A stretch of DNA of 64,000 nt from Octopus sinensis (taxonomy: Eukaryota): positions 125,116,001 through 125,180,000 of the forward strand of contig NC_043000.1 of assembly GCF_006345805.1 (NCBI RefSeq), read 5' to 3'. The number at the start of each line of letters is the position of its first letter. Positions within the stretch are counted from its first letter, which is position 1. Positions 51,135 to 62,690 of this stretch are shown here, piece after piece. The notes under the pieces are model-generated. The model saw only the letters and a program-made list of their open reading frames with translations, was not told where the DNA came from and ran no database searches. Both the position numbers and the translations under genes were made by a program.

Positions 51135-51310
51135 ATTATTACTTCTGATACATGGCTCACTTTCAGCATCCATGACTCTTTATCAACCAAGAAGAAGTGG
51201 AAGCTTCAGTGAAGGAGTCTTCTTCAAATTGAAGGACAAAACTCGTATCAGCATGGGATCAAAAAATGGACAGAAACATGGCTTCAGATGATGGCCTCTA
51301 CTTTGAAGGC
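51135..51310 (+). pseudogene. Mariner transposase C-terminal fragment (opposite strand to 50345-50570)
   Basis: NQEEVEASVKE...YQHGIKKW...DGLYFE with frameshifts. Confidence 0.7.
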
Positions 51311-51349
51311 CAGGCTGATTTTGTTGTAACTTGACAAGCAATTACATAT

Positions 51350-51515
51350 AGGAGCGGCTGTGTGGTAAGTAGCTTGCTTATGAACTACATGGTTCCGGGT
51401 TCAGTGCCACTGTGTGGCACCTTGGGCAAGTGTCTTCTACTATAGCCACAGGCTAACCAAAGCCTTGTGAGTGGACTTGGTAGACAGACACTGAAAGAAG
51501 CCCGTCTTATATGTG

Positions 51516-51582
<67 letters not shown>

Positions 51583-51810
51583 GTGTGTATATATATGTAT
51601 ATGGTTGTGTGTCTGTGTTTGCCCCTCCCCACCAATATCACTTGACAGCCGATGCTGGTGTGTTTACATCCCCGTAACTTAGCGGTTTGGCAAAAGAGAC
51701 CAATAGAATAAGTACTAGGCTTACAAAGAATAAATCCTGGGGTCGATTTGCTCAACTAAAGGTGATGCTCCAGCATGGCCACAGTCAAATGACTGAAGTA
51801 AGTAAAAGAG
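51350..51810 (+). mobile_element. SINE family A copy
   Basis: Full-length match. Confidence 0.85.
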
Positions 51811-52534
51811 TAAAAGAGTTAAGAGTAAATGCAAATAAGTTACCAAAATATTGCAAAACTTTTGACTCGACACAGCATTTCTTTAAGAAAGCCTGATATT
51901 TGACAGTTTTAGAATCACTGGTGCAGAGAACTGAGCAGTTGTCAGAACAAGGATAAGAAACTTAAACTTTGGAGCATTTCCGGTGCTCCTAAAGTATTGA
52001 TTCACAGACTAACTTGAAATACTAAATAAATCTCTTCTGATCTTACTGACTGCAATTTATAGAAAGTATTGCACTGCTGCACTCTAACTGCAATTATTTA
52101 TACAATGCAGACTCACCATTATTTCAGTTCCACTTTGAAGTCCTAACCAGGAATACATTTATCTAAGCTATGTCCCTTGCCTTCTCTTTCATTTGGTGCC
52201 GTTTATGCAAATGCATATAACACCTTTCCTCTAATTCTTGCACTGATTTCAATAATAGCCATAAATGCATAATTACATGTAACTTGGTTCAGAGAAGGAC
52301 TTCTTATTGGCATTATGGTTTCAAATCAGAATACAGATATATACTCTCTTAAGTCGTTCCTTAAATATATTACTTCCTTTCAATCATGGAATATTCTAAT
52401 ATGAAATGGTGGTGGTGGGCGGGGAATGGAGGGATGCTCTTTGTGGTGCCTTTTTAATCAGTATCTAAGCCTTCTTTCCCTGTTGCTTACCAAATTACTT
52501 TCATGTCTCATACTCGGCATACCTTCAAAGATTT

Positions 52535-52537
52535 CCC

Positions 52538-52569
<32 letters not shown>

Positions 52570-52681
52570 GTAGTAGTAGTAGTAGTGTAGTTGTAGTAGT
52601 AGCAGCAGCAGCAGCAGTAGCAATGGTGGTGTTGGTAGTGGCAAGCTTTCCTCTGTCATAACTATTGTAGTAGTAGTAGTA

Positions 52682-52718
<37 letters not shown>

Positions 52719-53010
52719 CAATAGCAGCAGCAACAGCAGTGGTGGTGGTAGTGGTTGTGGTGATGTAGTTAGTGGTTGTGGTGGTGGAGGTGGTATGGTG
52801 GTGTTGGCGGTGGTTGTGGTAGAAGTGGCGGTGGTAGTGGTGATGGCGTTGATGTAGTAGTAGTAGTAGTAGTAGTAGTTGTTGTTGTTGTTGTTGTTGT
52901 TGTAGTAGTAGTAGTTGTTGTTGTTGTAGTAGTAGTAGTAGCAGTAGTAGCAGCAGCAGCAGTAGCAGCGGTGGCAGTGGTGGTGGTGGTGGTGGTGGTG
53001 GTAGTAAGAG
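52535..53010. repeat. Compound (GTA)n/(GTG)n/(GTT)n/(GCA)n microsatellite
   Basis: Visible. Confidence 0.95.
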
Positions 53011-54772
53011 CGAAGGCAGAGGTGGGTGATCAGTGGTTTGGTGGTATGCTTTCTTCTCTCATAACCAATAATCAATTGTGGAAAGGTCATGACCCACAGA
53101 ATCTTTTTTTCATTGAAATCCAATCTACCTTGATACCAAGATTTTCTCCTTTGCCTCACATATGAGGTTGTTGCTGTTGTCGTTGTTGGCTTTTATTTAG
53201 CCCCAGGTCAACCCTGGTCTAGAAAACCTGTGATTGAAGGCATCAAAGCAAGCCATGACCATTCCATCTAGGGACTACATTGTCCAACATACACTTCTTT
53301 ATTTACGCCAATAAAAACATATTATTACAGATAGAAAATAAATCTGTTACCACACAGGATATGCTTGTGAATGTGTGTATGATGTGTGTATGTGCGCGTG
53401 TGTGTATGTGCATGTGTGTGCATGCGTGTGTTTGTGTGTGTTAACAAACTTTTTTTTCTTTTCTACAAATTTCATACTTGATGACCTAATACCTATTATT
53501 TTAGGGAAACTCATTCCCCCAAAATACTAGGTATTGAATCAATATTTCCTTGGATGAAACCATCCCTTCATGAGGTTAACACAACCACTAATTAAATTGT
53601 GTGTGTGTGTGTATGTGTGTCTGTCTGTCTCCCATTACCTCTTAGCAACTAGTGTCGGTGTGTTTACATCCCTGTCACTTAATGCTTTGGCAAAAGAGAC
53701 TGATTGCATAAATAGGCTTCAAAAAATAGGTACTGGAAACGATTGGTTCAATTAAAAATTTTTCAAAGCAGTGCCCCAGCATGGCCACAGTCTAATGACT
53801 GAAACAAGTAAGAAATGAACAATAAAAGATTGCCTACTTGGGTGATAGACTCACTCTCTCACCTGGTTTAACATGACCACTTGGTCCCTTATGTACCTTC
53901 TGTGGAATCAACCCTATAGTATGCATTTAGGTTGGGTCCCTGGTTTGAAAGTATCTCCCAAAACAGACTTGGTGGCACTGTAAAGGGTCATAGGTATTGT
54001 TTTCTTTCTTGACCAGAAAGCTGTGTTGTCAGGATATATTCCTTCAACCCTTTTCACTTTTCCTAAGCCACTTACAACGCATGTACCCATTCACTTTTAA
54101 TTAAGGGGCATTAAAAAGACACACTTTACACTTTTGCAATGATACATTCGTGGTGGAATTCTCCAAAAAAAAAGAAATTATTCCATGTGTGACAAGCCAG
54201 TGATGTGAACTCACACCCTCATATTTACTTAGCAGCTGAATTTAGATAATACTTCCTACTATAGGCACATCACACAAGAACCATTTTAACTCTAAAAAAG
54301 TCACACAAAAACGTCTACTTATTTACCATTTATTTTGTGAAGTGTCAACATTTTCATTGATACACTTCGTCTATAACAATTAGTTGGAACTATGTCACTG
54401 ACCTGGTCACTATTGCATGATGAAAATTTTGGCATCTCACGAAATTAATGACAAGTTTTCGTGTGTGTAATATTAACTCTTTGCTTGCCTAAAGCATTTT
54501 CGTAGGTTTGTCTGAAACATCTATGCTTGCTTTCAAGAATTTAGTTTTTGTTCCATACATTCTGAGCTAAGTTACTCTAGTGGTCAAAAAAAAATTGGGG
54601 AATGTGTGTCATATTTGATGCATGGACACCAGGGAAATATGCTCTGTGTATCACATTTGATTCTCAAGACAGGCAAATGGTTAAATAGCCAGAGTGATGT
54701 TGCTGCTTCAGTTTCATTGCATCATCTTAGATCAAATCACTTCTCAGACAAGTACAACTATGAAATGTTTAA

Positions 54773-54994
54773 CCCTTTCGTTGCCATATTTATTTTGAGA
54801 TGCTCTATGTTTCTTTAGATTAATTTTAAATATAACAAAGAATTTAGTAATACAAATTAGTTATCATTAAGCTACTGTTACGAACATAAATTGTGGCTAA
54901 GGTTAGGTGGAAGATTTTATTTCGAAACTTATGAAAACAAGACATTTGTACTACAGAGCCAGAGGTGGTTTCAGCCGAGTTGGTATCAAAAAGG
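54773..54994. mobile_element. piggyBac-type MITE, copy 1
   Basis: TTAA|CCCTTTCGTTGCCA...TGGTATCAAAAAGG|TTAA; TTAA at 54769-72 and 54995-98. Confidence 0.8.
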
Positions 54995-55014
54995 TTAAAT
55001 TAATCATTTGTTAA

Positions 55015-55236
55015 CCCTTTTGTTATCATATTTCTGTTGAGATGATCTGTGTTTTTTTCAATTAATTTTAAATATAACAAAGAATTTAGTAAAACAACTT
55101 AGTTGTCATTGAATTAGTGTTAGGAACATAAATTGTGACTTAGGTTTGGTGGAGGATGTTAATTCAGAACTTGTGAAAACAAGACATTTGTACTACAGAG
55201 CCAGAGGCGGTTTTAGCTGGGTTGGTATCGAAAAGG
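55015..55236. mobile_element. piggyBac-type MITE, copy 2
   Basis: TTAA|CCCTTTTGTTATCA...TGGTATCGAAAAGG|TTAA; homologous to copy 1 throughout. Confidence 0.8.
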
Positions 55237-55914
55237 TTAAAGAAATTCAAACATCATAGGTATGAATTTTATGAAATTAAGAATCAATTTCTAAAAATGG
55301 AGTGTTCTCAAAAGAGTTTGTGATCAGTTCAGTTGTGAAGAGGTGTGAAGAATCTAATATTTTGGACTTTTGTCCACTATCTGAGACAGAGAGAGAGACA
55401 GACAGACAGAGACAGAGAGAAGGAGAGGGGGAGACAGACAGACAGACACACACATGCACACATACAGACAGACAGACGGACAGGCAGAAAGAGGGGGCTG
55501 TCTCTTTGGCCTGTAAGCCAATAAATGGTGAAAGATTTGAAGTGAAATAGTGATGTAAGGAATATAGGGGGCAAATCTATGACAGCAGTGGAATGCAAGG
55601 GGGGTTGGAACTCTGGAGTAGAAAGGTGGATGAGGCTGAAGGAAGCTGGAACTAGAGAGGAAAAGTGGAAATATCCAATGGCTCATTCTGAATAGAAGGA
55701 GATGGGGTTGATGTTCAAATCGAGAAGGAAGAAGGGAAAAACAGAAAGTTACAATAGTAGGAGACAAAGAACATGAAAATCCAGAAGCCTATCTAAAAAT
55801 ATTTAAGTAAAAAGAAACATTCACAGCCTTCCTTTAGTTAATAGAGAAGATTGAGGTGATGAGTGCAAGAGGGGAAGGCTAGAAAGATATAGTGTGAGTG
55901 GAGTGCAAGGTGGA

Positions 55915-56076
55915 GGCATGTGAGTGGCTATGTAGTAAGTAGCTTGCTTACCAACCACATGGTTCTGGGTTCAGTCCCACTGCATGGTACCTTGGGCAAG
56001 TGTCTTCTACTATAAGCCTTGGGCCGGGGGTGGATTTGGTAGACGGAAACTGAAAGAAGCCCGTCGTATATATGTA

Positions 56077-56114
<38 letters not shown>

Positions 56115-56603
56115 GCACATTGAGAAATGCGCAAAGCAACTACTACCACAATTTTTAATCTTTCCATTTTACCAATGTGCTATCGGATCATCAACAAAAA
56201 TTAGACTAAACAAGGAAACATTCTTCATTGAAAAGTACAAGCCCAGACTTAACCATGCCAACATACTGATACAGAGAAAGGGAAAGGAAAAAAATTTTAA
56301 GCGATTATCTCCCTTACACTGGAAGAAATCACTCATTACCTCCCCTTATTTAGAACTCTTTTAAACATAAACATAACGATAACTCTGTTCAACATAAACA
56401 TAACGTCGTAAGAAATTTGAAAAGCTAAACGTGAAACCGGTCTTTCTTCTAAACTATGTCATTGTAAGAAAAACATTTTTAATATTCTTCAGACATATTG
56501 ACTCAAATATATATCTTTTAACCTTTAAGCTTCTGTAGTTTTTTCACTTTTTACTATTTTCTATATATCCAACCACGTGCTTTCACAAACCAACTTTCTT
56601 ATC

Positions 56604-56656
<53 letters not shown>

Positions 56657-56860
56657 TTATGTGTTTGTGTTTGTCCTCCCAACATCGCTTGACAACCGAT
56701 GCTGGTGTGTTTATGCCCCTGTAACTCAGCAGTACGGCAAAAGAGACCGATAGAAGAAGTACTAGGCTTACAAAGAATAAGTACTGGGGTCGATTTGCTC
56801 GACTAAAGGCAGTGCTCCAGCATGGCCACAGTCAAATGACAGAAACAAGTAAAAGAGTAA
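55915..56860 (+). mobile_element. SINE family A split by a Penelope-like insertion in its internal (TA)n
   Basis: 5' half at 55915-56100, 3' half at 56610-56860. Confidence 0.8.
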
Positions 56861-57874
56861 AAAAAAGAGAGTAATAGGAGAGGGGAGGTAGAGGAAGAAC
56901 CAACACTTCTAGTGATGTGGGGGGAGGAGGGAAACAGGAGGGTGCAGAGAGCAAGAGTAAAGAGTAAAACTGAACCAAGGAAATCAAATGGCTAAAGAAA
57001 ATTCTAAAGAAAGAATGGCTGATAATTGGACGGTAGTATAGGCTACATTTAAACAGATAATTCTTTGAAGGTCACCTGCACCTACAATTGAACAACCACA
57101 CAAACAATCACAAGTATGTGGGAGTATACACACACATATATGCACATAGGTATAGGCATGGCTGTGTAGTTAAGAAGTCCGCTTTGCAATTATGTCATTT
57201 TGAGTTCAAGCCTACTGTGCAGCACCTTGAGCAAGTGCCTTCTAATATAGCCCTAGGTCAATCAATGTCTTGTTGGTGAATTCAGTCAATGGAAACAGCA
57301 CAAAGCCCATCATATTCATACATGTGAACATATTACATGTATGCGCATATATATATATATAATATATATATATATATATAGTGAGCACATTGAGAAATGC
57401 GCAAAGCAACTACTACCACAATTTTTAATCTTTCCATTTTACCAATGTGCTATCGGATCATCAACAAAAATTAGACTAAACAAGGAAACATTCTTCATTG
57501 AAAAGTACAAGCCCAGACTTAACCATGCCAACATACTGATACAGAGAAAGGGAAAGGAAAAAAATTTTAAGCGATTATCTCCCTTACACTGGAAGAAATC
57601 ACTCATTACCTCCCCTTATTTAGAACTCTTTTAAACATAAACATAACGATAACTCTGTTCAACATAAACATAACGTCGTAAGAAATTTGAAAAGCTAAAC
57701 GTGAAACCGGTCTTTCTTCTAAACTATGTCATTGTAAGAAAAACATTTTTAATATTCTTCAGACATATTGACTCAAATATATATCTTTTAACCTTTAAGC
57801 CTTCTGTAGTTTTTTCACTTTTTACTATTTTCTATATATCCAACCACGTGCTTTCACAAACCAACTTTCTTATC

Positions 57875-57927
<53 letters not shown>

Positions 57928-58615
57928 TTATGTGTTTGTGTTTGTCCTCCCAACATCGCTTGACAACCGATGCTGGTGTGTTTATGCCCCTGTAACTCAG
58001 CAGTACGGCAAAAGAGACCGATAGAAGAAGTACTAGGCTTACAAAGAATAAGTACTGGGGTCGATTTGCTCGACTAAAGGCAGTGCTCCAGCATGGCCAC
58101 AGTCAAATGACAGAAACAAGTAAAAGAGTAAAAAAAAGAGAGTAATAGGAGAGGGGAGGTAGAGGAAGAACCAACACTTCTAGTGATGTGGGGGGAGGAG
58201 GGAAACAGGAGGGTGCAGAGAGCAAGGAGTAAAGAGTAAAACTGAACCAAGGAAATCAAATGGCTAAAGAAAATTCTAAAGAAAGAATGGCTGATAATTG
58301 GACGGTAGTATAGGCTACATTTAAACAGATAATTTCTTTGAAGGTCACCTGCACCTACAATTGAACAACCACACAAACAATCACAAGTATGTGGGAGTAT
58401 ACACACACATATATGCACATAGGTATAGGCATGGCTGTGTAGTTAAGAAGTCCGCTTTGCAATTATGTCATTTTGAGTTCAAGCCTACTGTGCAGCACCT
58501 TGAGCAAGTGCCTTCTAATATAGCCCTAGGTCAATCAATGTCTTGTTGGTGAATTCAGTCAATGGAAACAGCACAAAGCCCATCATATTCATACATGTGA
58601 ACATATTACATGTAT

Positions 58616-58670
<55 letters not shown>
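56100..58670 (+). repeat. Tandem duplication, 1270-bp unit, junctions in (TA)n
   Basis: GTGAGCACATTGAG at 56111 and 57381; the copies differ mainly by single-base indels in short runs. Confidence 0.95.
56111..56605 (+). mobile_element. Penelope-like element 3' fragment (GIY-YIG C-terminus plus pLTR-like tail)
   Basis: EHIEKC...FLIFPFYQC...RLNKETFFIEKYKPRLN, homologous in motif to 27439-27741; (TA)n on both sides. Confidence 0.75.
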
Positions 58671-58673
<3 letters not shown>

Positions 58674-58927
58674 TTAAAATTTATAAGTTTAAATTATTTA
58701 AATAATTTTTTAAATTTTAACTTTAATTTAAATATTTTAATTTGGAATTTTATATTTTTTTTATATTTTATATTTTATATTTTTTTAATTAATTTTATTT
58801 CTATGTATTGAACTAATAGTGGTTTTATCTCTAATTAATATAATATATATTTATACTATAAAATTAGATTTAATCCTAAATCTAATTTTTCCCTGTAAGT
58901 TTGGATTTACTCCCTAATATATTATTA

Positions 58928-58981
<54 letters not shown>

Positions 58982-59119
58982 TAATATTATATATATAATT
59001 AATAATATATATATATGATTAATAATATTAGGGTAATAAAGATTTTAGAAATATTTACTACCAGTGGCCTTGCGTATAGAAAACTTAGTCAATAGACTAT
59101 ATATTATTCATATAAAATA

Positions 59120-59360
59120 CAGTGTACATTTAAACACATTAAGAGGTGTCCATCATAGGACTCCCTTACGCTAGAAGGAACAAATTATTTTATTTGCTAA
59201 AAAAAGTCAGAAACCATGGTCCAGGAAATAGATGGTAAATGTTTTTATTTTTCATTCCTTTTGAGAATTTATCCTAATTAGTGGTTTGGACTTTAGCTGT
59301 TCCTTCTAGCGTAAGGGAGTCCTATGATGGATACCTCTTAATGTGTTTGAATGTACACTT
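59120..59360. mobile_element. Tc1/mariner-type MITE with about 60-bp TIRs and TA flanks
   Basis: TA|CAGTGTACATTTAAACACATTAAGAGGTGTCCATCATAGGACTCCCTTACGCTAGAAGGAACA at left and TGTTCCTTCTAGCGTAAGGGAGTCCTATGATGGATACCTCTTAATGTGTTTGAATGTACACTT|TA at right. Confidence 0.9.
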
Positions 59361-59379
59361 TATTTTATATATATATATC

Positions 59380-59650
59380 ATCATCATCATCATCATTGTT
59401 TAGCATTTGCTTTCCATGCTGACATGGGTTGGACGATTTGACTGAGGACTGGCAAACCAGATGGCTGCACCAGGCTCCAATTGATCTGGCAGAGGTTCCT
59501 AACGCCAACCACTCTGAGAGTGTAGTGGGTGCTTTTACGTGCCACTGGCACGAGGGCCAGTCAGGTGGTACTGGCAACAGCTATGCTCAAATGGTGTTTT
59601 TTACATGCCACCTGCACAGGAGCCAGTCAAGCGGCACTGGCAACAACCTC
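59380..59650 (-). mobile_element. Family C (RTE 3' tail) copy
   Basis: (CAT)n...TTTCCATGCTGACATGGGTTGGACG...CCTAACGCCAACCACTCTGAGAG. Confidence 0.75.
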
Positions 59651-60435
59651 ACTCAAAAAAACAAAAGACGAAGACAGGTGTGTAAACAACAAACATATGT
59701 ATTAGTTTAATGCTCGGGAAGTGAGAAAGTCTTTTACATATCGATCCTACACTCTTCGACAGAAAGGAACACAGAAATAAATCGGGAGAGAAAATAGGTG
59801 GCTGCAAACTTGTGTTCAAGAATTTGCCATCGCCTGATCGAAAGTCCTACACATGCAAAGGCTATGACCAGCAATTTTTGCGATAGGTCTTACTATTTTT
59901 TTTCAAATGATGCCTGTGTATGATGATTTTTTTATAGTGGGGAGAAAGGATATGCAGAAATCCAATCCCACTCTCTGAACATAGGCAACATAAACCCAAA
60001 AAGAAGAACTAGTCTACATCGTTGAATATTGTCAGGGTCACAAGCTTTCTCTCAGAGTTTTCCTCTCCTAGAGAGATGTTGTGACAGTAACAGAGGGGCT
60101 TCCTACTCCCAGTGGACCAACAATATGCCTGAACACCAACCAAGGTATTTCCACGTCCCCGCACATGCATACATGCATACATACACATTTACACATATTG
60201 TTGGATGGCAGTTGACTGCTCACAAACTCTTCTGCTCTTACATACATACTTACGTACATACATACATACATACATACATACATACACACATACATGCATG
60301 CATGCATACATGCATACATACATACATACATACATACATACTATATACATACATATATACAAACATACATACATACATACATACAAACATACATACATAC
60401 ATACATACATACATACATCATACATACATACATAC

Positions 60436-61798
60436 ATGATGGTTGCCCCCTTGTTATCGAGTATGGCCATTGCACAAAGCTTAACTTTTATTGGTGCTGT
60501 GATCGAATGTGACTTTTATTTGCTTTTTAAGGCTAGAGCCAGCCATTCAGTTGAGACTCACAGCACCATCAACAACCATGAACAATGTTGTTATCGTGCA
60601 ATGCCTGTGCAGGAAAGGCTGTGCACTGAGTCAATCCCACTCACTAAGCAACAGTAGCCATAATCCGAAAAGAAGAACAAGTCAACATCATTGGTAACCA
60701 CTGAGCCGCAGGTTTTATGTCGGAGTTATCCCAGTTACCTGAGTTATCTTCTCCTAGAAGGATGCCCTAACAAAGGCTAGGAGTCCTTCACTTCCAATGG
60801 TTTAACTGTGTGATTGGGTATTCAGTCTGATTATTTCTATGTCCCGGCGCATGATACAGCCTTAAGCCTTAAGAAAAAAAATATTACACATTTATTGGAT
60901 GGCCATTGACTCTCAAGAGTTCCTCCGCCCTTTGACAGGTTTTGTTTTTCATCCTGCAGGGTGTCCAATAAACACCTCCTCACCAAGCAAGCTTGGTGAG
61001 TTTGCCACTTTAGTCGCCGACAGCCTGACCATGCAATGGGTTGTACTGGGTTACATGTTACCAGTAGCACTTGAAAGTGATCTGACATACATACATACAT
61101 ACATACATACATACATACATAATACATACATACATACATACATACATACATGATGGTTGCCCCCTTGTTATCGAGTATGGCCATTGCACAAAGCTTAACT
61201 TTTATTGGTGCTGTGATCGAATGTGACTTTTATTTGCTTTTTAAGGCTAGAGCCAGCCATTCAGTTGAGACTCACAGCACCATCAACAACCATGAACAAT
61301 GTTGTTATCGTGCAATGCCTGTGCAGGAAAGGCTGTGCACTGAGTCAATCCCACTCACCAAGCAACAGTAGCCATAATCCGAAAAGAAGAACAAGTCAAC
61401 ATCATTGGTAACCACTGAGCCGCAGGTTTTATGTCGGAGTTATCCCAGTTACCTGAGTTATCTTCTAGAAGGATGCCCTAACAAAGGCTAGGAGTCCTTC
61501 ACTTCCAATGGTTTAACTGTGTGATTGGGTATTCAGTCTGATTATTTCTATGTCCCGGCGCATGATACAGCCTTAAGCCTTAAGAAAAAAAATATTACAC
61601 ATTTATTGGATGGCCATTGACTCTCAAGAGTTCCTCCGCCCTTTGACAGGTTTTGTTTTTCATCCTGCAGGGTGTCCAATAAACACCCTCCTCACCAAGC
61701 AAGCTTGGTGAGTTTGCCACTTTAGTCGCCGACAGCCTGACCATGCAATGGGTTGTACTGGGTTACATGTTACCAGTAGCACTTGAAAGTGACCTGAC
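60436..61798 (+). repeat. Tandem duplication, ~714-bp period, junctions in (CATA)n
   Basis: ATGATGGTTGCCCCC at 60436 and 61150; a few substitutions, a 1-bp indel and a 3-bp indel (TCTTCTCCTAG vs TCTTCTAG). Confidence 0.95.
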
Positions 61799-61803
61799 AT
61801 ACA

Positions 61804-61834
<31 letters not shown>

Positions 61835-62081
61835 GGATATGTAACACACTGCCTAAATACCAATCTTGAGAAATTAGGCTTCTCAAACCAGAAAGGAGAA
61901 AGCTAGTTTGAAGACTACAGATCCAATCTATCACTGGAACTGTAAAAATCTGTAAAACTTCCCAGAAGTTTATCATTTGAGTATATATGAGCATGTCTAG
62001 ATATGCAACTATATGCGTGAGAATACATACATAAAACAAAACATACAAATCTTCACATATACATACATACAAACAAAAATA

Positions 62082-62373
62082 CCCTGTTGTTAATGTTTAA
62101 ATTCCAATGAAGGAGCCTCAAATCTTGGTTAGAAACCGACTCTTTCTCTATTGGCAAGAAATCTTGAAATAAAACTGAACCATAACATACATACATACAT
62201 GCATACATACATACATAGATACATACATACATACATACATACATACATACATACATACATACATACATACCCTGTTGTTGATGTTGAAATTCCAATGAAG
62301 GAGCCTTGGATCTAGGTTAGAAACTGGCTCTTTCTGTATTGGCAAGAAATCTTGAAATAAAACTGAACAATAA
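62082..62373 (+). repeat. Two diverged copies of a ~105-bp (CATA)n-tailed repeat (period 188)
   Basis: CCCTGTTGTT..AAATTCCAATGAAGGAGCC..GGCAAGAAATCTTGAAATAAAACTGAAC at 62082 and 62270. Confidence 0.85.
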
Positions 62374-62394
62374 CATACATACATATATACACGT

Positions 62395-62690
62395 ATGGTT
62401 AAAGGAACTACGAAGTGAGTATTGTGCAAATGCCTCTCCCAAAATACATAACATCACTGGTGAAACACTTCTGATGGTTATTAATAAACTGCCAAATGGA
62501 AAAATCACCTGGGAGAGACCTGACAGTAGGCTACTGGTAATAAAAGCTCATGGGAAATTCTCATGCGCTTGTTTAATAAATGGACACTTTGTCAAATATA
62601 CAAAACTGGTTGATGGTTATATGGACTACTGTTATCACCAACAACAAAGAGACCCATGTGGTCATGTGACCCTAGACTCACAAAGCATAA
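62395..62690 (+). pseudogene. Decayed R4-clade non-LTR RT N-terminal fragment
   Basis: WLKELRSEY...ITGETLLMVINKLPNGK, then after a frameshift SPGRDLTVGYW**KL, and later WL...NNKETH. Resembles the KAPGPD..GFWLK motif region of these RTs. Confidence 0.6.

Noticed and set aside
52117-52160. Minus-strand donor GTGAGT preceded by MYSWLGLQSGTEIM
   Set aside because: Single splice signal, no matching acceptor or homology; expected by chance in 64 kb.
52662-53165. ORFs of 165 aa and 129 aa
   Set aside because: Mostly microsatellite; the unique part has no recognisable domain.
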